Source: Octopus sinensis
Taxonomy: Eukaryota
Assembly (NCBI RefSeq): GCF_006345805.1
Contig: NC_043005.1
Span: 1,426,001 to 1,490,000 of the forward strand
Direction: 5' to 3'
Length of the DNA stretch: 64,000 nt
In this document: in pieces, positions 57,147 through 64,000 of the stretch
Position numbering within the stretch: the first letter of the stretch is position 1
How the letters are laid out: every line of letters starts with the position of its first letter
Translations under genes and position numbers: made by a program
Notes under the pieces: model-generated
Told to the model about the DNA's origin: nothing
Database searches by the model: none
What the model saw: only the letters and a program-made list of their open reading frames with translations

Positions 57147-60100
57147 TTGTAAACAATATGTTATATACACATATAAGTGCATATAATTTACTGCTGACAA
57201 GAGTGATATATTAGAAGTTAGCAGCTTCTGTGCAAACTCAGTTAATGGCATCGGCTAATTACAGATGAGCAATTGGTCAAGTGCTACAGAGTGTGTGTGT
57301 GTGCAATTAAATTAAATCAATTGTATTAGCAGCAAGAAAATCAAAAGGATGATAATCGAGGCATCAATGTCCTCACATCACCATAAACAAGAGAGCAGCA
57401 ACAAGGCAAGTTCTATCTTCATCTTTCTAGTGATATCCCAAGGGAAGGAGATGCGGAACAAAAATGTAGATTGGTGAAGCTTTAACAGTTATTTCAGAAA
57501 CTACGCCCTACACCCTGGATGATCTTTTAACACCACCGGGTAAATCACAAAGCAGCATCTATTCCTTTATTGTGCTATGAAAATATATGTGTTTGTGTTA
57601 GATGCTCAGTGTAATATATGGAGGGAGGGCCACATCGGCTTGAAGGAAGTGATGACAAAAGCAGGGATGGTATGTTAACAAGGCATCAGAGAAAAATAAG
57701 AAGAAGGCTAAAATCAAACATTCTCCAAGTAGGAAGGCCTACAAAACAGAGGAGTGGAATAATTCCAGAAATTGGTAGAAATGATAAATGTAAAAAAATG
57801 AAGGAAAACTGAATGCAAAATATTTTTGAATGACAGTTTTAGACAGCCAGGGCTCAACTGGAACAACACAAACAGGGTTGTATGTTGGTAGAGGAAGGAT
57901 TTGCCATACCCAATATTCCAGTATGAGTCAGAGGAAAGAATTTCATGGGATAAACTATAGAATCTGAGAAGGATAATACTGGACTGTGTCAAAAATAAAT
58001 ATGAAAAACAGAATAAATTAGTTTGGCATGAGGGAGAGTTTAACATTTAAGATAGAATCCTCCACTGGAGTTTAAGGGTAGATTTGACATAGGATGCAGC
58101 TGGAATAATATTTCATTTTTATTTTAGGGATACCTAATAGGCTGTGTTTCTGGACATGGTACTTATTCTTGCTCTATATCAATTAGAAGACTGGCATCAG
58201 GTCTTCTGTGAATCTTATTTCCTAAAGACTGACGACACTGGCTGCCAGGACACTCTGCTCTTGTTTCATAGATATTGAGTCAAGTAGTAGCTTTTTGTTG
58301 GGATCATAGAAACAAATATTATTTTTAATTTGTTATCGTATGATGCTAACAAGTCTGTTATCAGCAACCAGCATCTTTGGCATCTCCTTCTCCTCCTCCT
58401 CCTACTAAGACGTTAATATTACACAATTTATGAAAAGAAATTGTAAAATCCAGTAAATGGAGGCTAAAAAATATGAACCAATTTGAAAACAACCATTTCA
58501 CTCTTGAAAACTCCACAACCAATTTCAATAGATAAAAACAAAAAGAAAAGAAGCATTAAAAATGATTAAAAAAAGATAGAAATGGAATTCCATGGAAAAT
58601 ATTTAAAATTTATTTTGTTTTTTTTCTTGAAAAGAAGAGAAAATTGAATGTTTACTGACATCTTTATCACCGTAAAAACATTTGAAGTTAACCCAATTAT
58701 TAAAACAGTGGAACTCCACACTTTAGTTTTTGGTTAAATTGATGCACTCATTAAATAATAATCTTAATTCCCAATTTCTTTTATTGATTGAACAGTAAAA
58801 CTCACTCCAAAGGAAAAAAAGAAAAGAAAATTTTCAAATTAGAATATATTTCAACCATCAAAGTATATTTTATCTCCAAAGACAACTTTTTAAAGCAAAA
58901 TAAAAACATTGAAATTTGTTAAATAGTTTCTTCTTTTACTGAGAGAAGCAACAAAATCTCGTCAATTTACCATTAAAATATTTAAGAAAAATTTAAAAAA
59001 CATAAAAAAAAATTATTCAATTGTTTTGTTTTGTTTTTCCATATTAGCCTGGCTGAACAGGTCTTGTTCTCTAAATCTTGTACTGGTTTCAGTTATTTGA
59101 CTGTGGCCATGCTGGAGCAACACTTTCTAGTGTTTAGTTGATCAAACAGACCTCACTGCTCATTTCAGCCTGGTATTTATCAATTTTTATCTGTTGAATT
59201 GCTAATTTACAATACGTAAAGAAACACAACAAATCAAGATATCTTCCTTTTGATGTTAGCATGGGTAATAAAGGATTAGGAAAAGATTCACTTGGAATAC
59301 ACCTTTTATCTAACTCATGGAAAGAACAATCACAGATCAAAGAAGAATGACTCAGAAAAGAGATGATGGCCCATCAATGAATCATCAAAACCCACAACAA
59401 GAGAGGAGGGACAATTGACATAATTTCTACAAACAACAGAGATTTCAGAGATCCACTAAGCACGATATAAAAACAGTTTTGTTTTTTTCATTTATTTTCG
59501 ATTCTATCGTTAGCAATGTCACACATCTTTTTTATAAGGACTCGGCTCCCTTTCAACATCTCAACCGTTTCTTCTTTTCTATTCTGAGACAAAACAGTGA
59601 CTCCCAGGAATAGCCAAGTGCACCTCTTCCAACACCTAAAACAAGAGCAAAACAGGTGCACGTGCAAAATTATACGATTCACTCTGCCGGTCTGTGTGGA
59701 GTCCTTTCTACAGGGTGCAATTGGTTGCTTTTTGCACAAGGATTAACGAACAAACAAAAAACAACAAAAAAAGAACTGTGTATGTGTGAGTGCAAAGTTG
59801 GATTAAGACCTACTGATGACCTAACCCCACTCGGACAATTATGTCCCATTGCCCTTCATCTGTCCTATTGTTGAGATATAAAGACATAAGTGCTGAATGT
59901 GAAAGAAGCGATAATAAAATACAGAAGGTGGGTTCTTTCTTTTTCAGCCTGTCTGACCAAATCTCACAAACACAGCCAGGTCTTAAATCTTATTCAACAC
60001 TAAATAGCAAATCAATGAGTCATTCATTTACTCATAATCAGAGCAACAAGATAAAAATGCAAATTTTCAACACATGTGCACGTTTAATGGTTAATCACAC

Positions 60101-60829
60101 ACACACACACACACACACAAATGTGAATGCATGTGTCATATGTATCGGCAGACATAAACCCAGTCAAACATTAACTGATAAAACACTCAATACATGAAAG
60201 TATGAATTGACCTTGAGGGGGGGGGGGTAAGAAGGTAGGTCAACAGTTGCCATCCACTGGATTCCACTCACCAGTTGCTGGTCGACCTAGTCTGTAGATA
60301 GATGTGTTGTTGCCTTTTTAGATTAGGAGTATTAAAAGAAAAAAAAAAAGGAAAATTTGACTTTGATGCATTTAACCAATTAGTGGGTTAACGAGATGAA
60401 ATTCAACATTAAACTGGAAATGAAATTAAAAAGTGGTTTTAGTCTTTTGTTTCATTTGGGGTTTTACAATAGTTGAAAAAAAATAAAAAGGTTGAGCAAA
60501 AGACCATAATTTCTAAGGGATTAAGTTGATTAAATTAATCTTAACGGATAAATGGTAATTATTTCATTGATGGAAGATAAAGGTTACCACTGGTCATAAT
60601 CAGAGTGAGAACAGGGAGTGGGCAGAAGTGGGGAAGGTATTTTTGAAGATGCTCAATCAATTCTAAAATGAACGAAAACACTGCTCAGTAGTGCTCACCC
60701 TGATCCTTGGGTACCTTTAGTGAAGTTGGTACTGAGTCAGATCAGGTCATTTCTTACCAAATGTTTTCCATCAATAAGTTTTTATTGTTCCATCAATTCC
60801 ATCACTTTGCTGCAAAGACGCACCTATTG

Positions 60830-61072
60830 TAAAAAGCACCATCCAAATGTGATCGATGCCAGGCCCACCTAACTGGGTCCCGTGCTGGTGGCATATAAAA
60901 AGCAGCCATTACACTCTCGGAGTGGTTGGAGTTAGGAAGGGCATCCAGCTGCAGAAACACTGCCAGATCAAGATTGGAGCCTGGTGCAGCTGCAGGCTCT
61001 CCAGACCTCAGTCAAACCGTCCGACCCATGCCAGCATGGAAAATGGACGTTAAAAGATGATGATGATGATGA
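60830..61072 (+). mobile_element. RTE 3' terminus with (GAT)n tail
   Basis: Same core and tail as 34789-34965, plus one ~60-bp unit. Confidence 0.85.
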
Positions 61073-61434
61073 TTGTCACAAATCTTTTTCCTGATTTTGA
61101 GGGAGCCACAACAAAGATGCTCAACCTACTAAAAACAAAGGGAAAATCTCCCTCAAATAACAACGAACCATCTTAAAACTAAAGGAAGGACACAATGAAT
61201 ATCATACTCCTAGGTACACTGGTGCTTAAAGAAGAAGACAAGGAAGAAACAGAATAGCCATAACATGGTGGAGATGTATTTGATCATCTGACTGATCAGG
61301 TTTGATTAATCAGTGGACTGATTGATTACGACTGACTTAGTGATTACCAACAACAACAACCATTTTTAATGTTGTCAAGCCGAGAATATTAAAAGGATTT
61401 GTTTCTTAAATATATTTACATATTTTTTTCAATA

Positions 61435-61569
61435 GGCACGGGAGTGGCTGTGTGGTAAGTAGCTTGCTTACCAACCACATCGTCCTGGGCAAGTGTCTTC
61501 TACTATTACCTCAGGCTGACCAAAGCCATGTGAGTGGATTTGGTAGATGGAAACTGAAAGAAGCCTGTC

Positions 61570-61608
<39 letters not shown>

Positions 61609-61815
61609 GACACACACAAACAGCTGTGTGTGTGTTTGTGTGTCTGTGTTTATCTCCCCATCATCACCTGACAACCAATGTTGGTGTGTTTACATCCCTG
61701 TAACTTAGTGGTTCAGGCTTGCAAAGAATAAGACCTGGGGTTGATTTGTTCAACTAAAGGCAGTGCTCCAGCATGGCCACAGTCAAATGACTGAAACAAA
61801 TAAAAGAGAAAGAAT
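61435..61815 (+). mobile_element. Near-full-length tRNA-derived SINE with internal (TA)n/(TG)n and CR1-like tail
   Basis: Head GGAGTGGCTGTGTGGTAAG; tail GGCAGTGCTCCAGCATGGCCACAGTCAAATGACTGAAAC. Confidence 0.8.
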
Positions 61816-62604
61816 AAATTCCAAAAAGCGTCAGGAAGACAAAGCAGCTAAATAAATCCGATTATTTCTTTAAGTTGTTGAAAAACCTTTATCCTCATCC
61901 TCGTTTAATGTCTGCTTTCCCTGCTGGCATGGGTTGGACGCTTTGAATGCAATAATGACTTTTTCTAAGTAGATGTAAGTGTATGACAGATAATCAAGTG
62001 AAAAGAGTTGAAAGACTTAAGTGATATCTCTGCCAGAAGTGGTGCACTGGGTCAAGGCCAACACACTCAACCCTCTCACCGTTCCAGGCCACATATCAGT
62101 GAATTTTGTTGAACTCTAGCTCAATTTTGATCAAATGTGTTCCACCTGTGACCATCCCATCCTTGTATATTTGATCTTTATTTATTAAAGGTAGTGTGTG
62201 ATTTGAAGGTGATTTGGTTGTTATTTCTAGCAGGCTGGGTGGTCTCATTGATGCCCTCTCATTGGCTGTGAATATGTAACAATGAGGGCAGGAGACACAC
62301 TGAGGTTAAAATGTGAAGATATTGCAACAGGCTTAGGGAATATTCCATTAGAAGATGGTGTTGCTGTGGGCCAAGGGAAGAAATCAGGAAACTGCTTCAA
62401 TATGTCCTCACAGAAAGGATAACCAAGAGTTTGATCCTATGTGACTCTTCCAATTGTGTGACTTAAAAAATATTAAGCAATTAATTCCATTAGCAAAACT
62501 GTTTATCACCCATTAACGTCTTGATTCCAAATGCCAAATCTTTCTCCATTTTGCTTATTAGAGTTTTTTTCTGAGATTTCCTCAATAAACATCAACAATT
62601 GCAC

Positions 62605-64000
62605 TAATTGCTGAGTCACTATCAGAACTAGAGGCAAAGTTTCAGGTGTGGAAACAAGGATTAGAATCAAAGGGCCTTAGAGTCAAGCTAGCTAAAACCC
62701 AAATCCTAATAAGTAGAAAGGCAGACAAACCACAAATCCCTTCAGGTTGATGGCTCTGCTTGATCTGTAGAAAAGACGTAGGTAGAAACTCCATAAGATG
62801 TACCTGGTGTAAGCCATGGACACATAAGGGGTGCAGCAATATCAAAGGAAGGCTAACTGGGAAGATAGTTTTTGTATGTGGCAGATGCTCAGGAGTAATA
62901 AACACTGAAAATGCGCAGAGAACAACTTCCGCCACATTCCAGGGAGAAAAACTAGAAATAGCTGATAGCTTCCACTACCTAGGTGACCAAGTCAGTAGTG
63001 GGGATGGGTGTGCTGAAAGTGTAACTGGTAGAGTAAGAATAGCCTGGGCAAAGTTCAGAGAGCTCTTACCTCTGTTGGTGACAAAGGGCCTCTCGCTCAG
63101 AGTAAAAGGTAGACTGTATGATGCATATGTACGAACAGCCATACTACATGACAGTGAAACATGGGCTGTGACTGCAGAGGACATGCGTAAGCTCACAAGG
63201 AGTGAAGCCAGTATGCTCCGATGGATGTGTAATGTCAGTATGCATACTCAACAGTGTTCGCACATTGAGAGAAAAGTTAGACCTAAGAAGCATCAGATGT
63301 GATATGCAAGAGAGACGACTGTGCTGGTATGGCCATGTGGCGAGAATGGATGTGGATAGCTGTGTGAAAAAGTGGCACACTCTAGCGGTTGAGGGAACCT
63401 GTTGAAGAGGTAGACCCAGGAAGACCTGGGATGAGTTGGTGAAGCATAACCTTCGAACATTGGGCCTCACCGAGTCAATGACTAGTGACCGAGACCTTTG
63501 GAAATATACTGTGCTTGAGAAGACCCGGCAAGCCAAGTGAGACCATAACCTGTGGCCTATGCCAGGGGTGTAACCAGTCCACTTATGTGTACCTTTCCTT
63601 CATTGGACACTAAACTCTGTTTGCGAAGACATGTTGAGGCAGGTGAAATCAAAATCAAATTCGATGACTGGCATCCGTGCTAGTGGAGCGGTAAGAGCCC
63701 CATCCGAGCATGATCGTTGCCAGAGCAACAAACAGGCCTCTGTGCCAATGGCACATAAAAACAACACCATTCGAGCGTGATCATTACCTGCATCACCTTA
63801 CTACCACTTGTGCTGGTGGCACGTGAACAAAACATTCGAGCGAGGTCATTGCCAGTGCTGCTGGACTGGCTCCTGTGCAGGTGGCACATAAAAAGCACCA
63901 TTTGAGCATAGCCGCTGCCAGTACGGCCTGACTGGCCTTCATGCCGGTGGCATGTAAAAGCACCCACTACACTCTTAGAGTGGTTGGCATTAGGAAGGGC
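62605..64000 (+). mobile_element. RTE (PHD family), 5'-truncated just after YADD; 3' UTR cut by the window edge
   Basis: AESLSELEAKFQVWKQG, PHD at 62757-62888, ORF 62760-63302, 3' UTR ~60-bp units at 63670-63960. Confidence 0.93.

Overview
This 64-kb window is repeat-saturated animal DNA, intergenic or intronic. The tRNA-derived SINE families and LINE repertoire point to an octopod cephalopod (inference). I found no host protein-coding gene. Nearly all ORF-track entries are microsatellite translations or antisense shadows of retroelements. The window holds LINEs of several clades: RTE (three lineages, including an uninterrupted 669-codon ORF at 3-2009 running off the window edge), two CR1/Jockey-group families, R4/Dong, and probable HERO-like and Tx1-like remnants. 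It also holds Penelope-like elements with hammerhead-ribozyme motifs, Helitrons, tRNA-derived SINEs, TTAA-type MITEs, multi-kb (TA)n-type microsatellites and a 100-N gap. The most notable observations are: (1) a C4HC3 PHD finger inserted in the RT C-terminal region of the dominant RTE family, intact in three copies; (2) a ~26-copy 61-bp hairpin minisatellite grown out of that RTE's 3' UTR; (3) a minimal type I hammerhead ribozyme; (4) a 2.25-kb-arm tail-to-tail LINE palindrome; (5) an internally deleted bipartite RTE; (6) LINE and SINE 3' ends that match.
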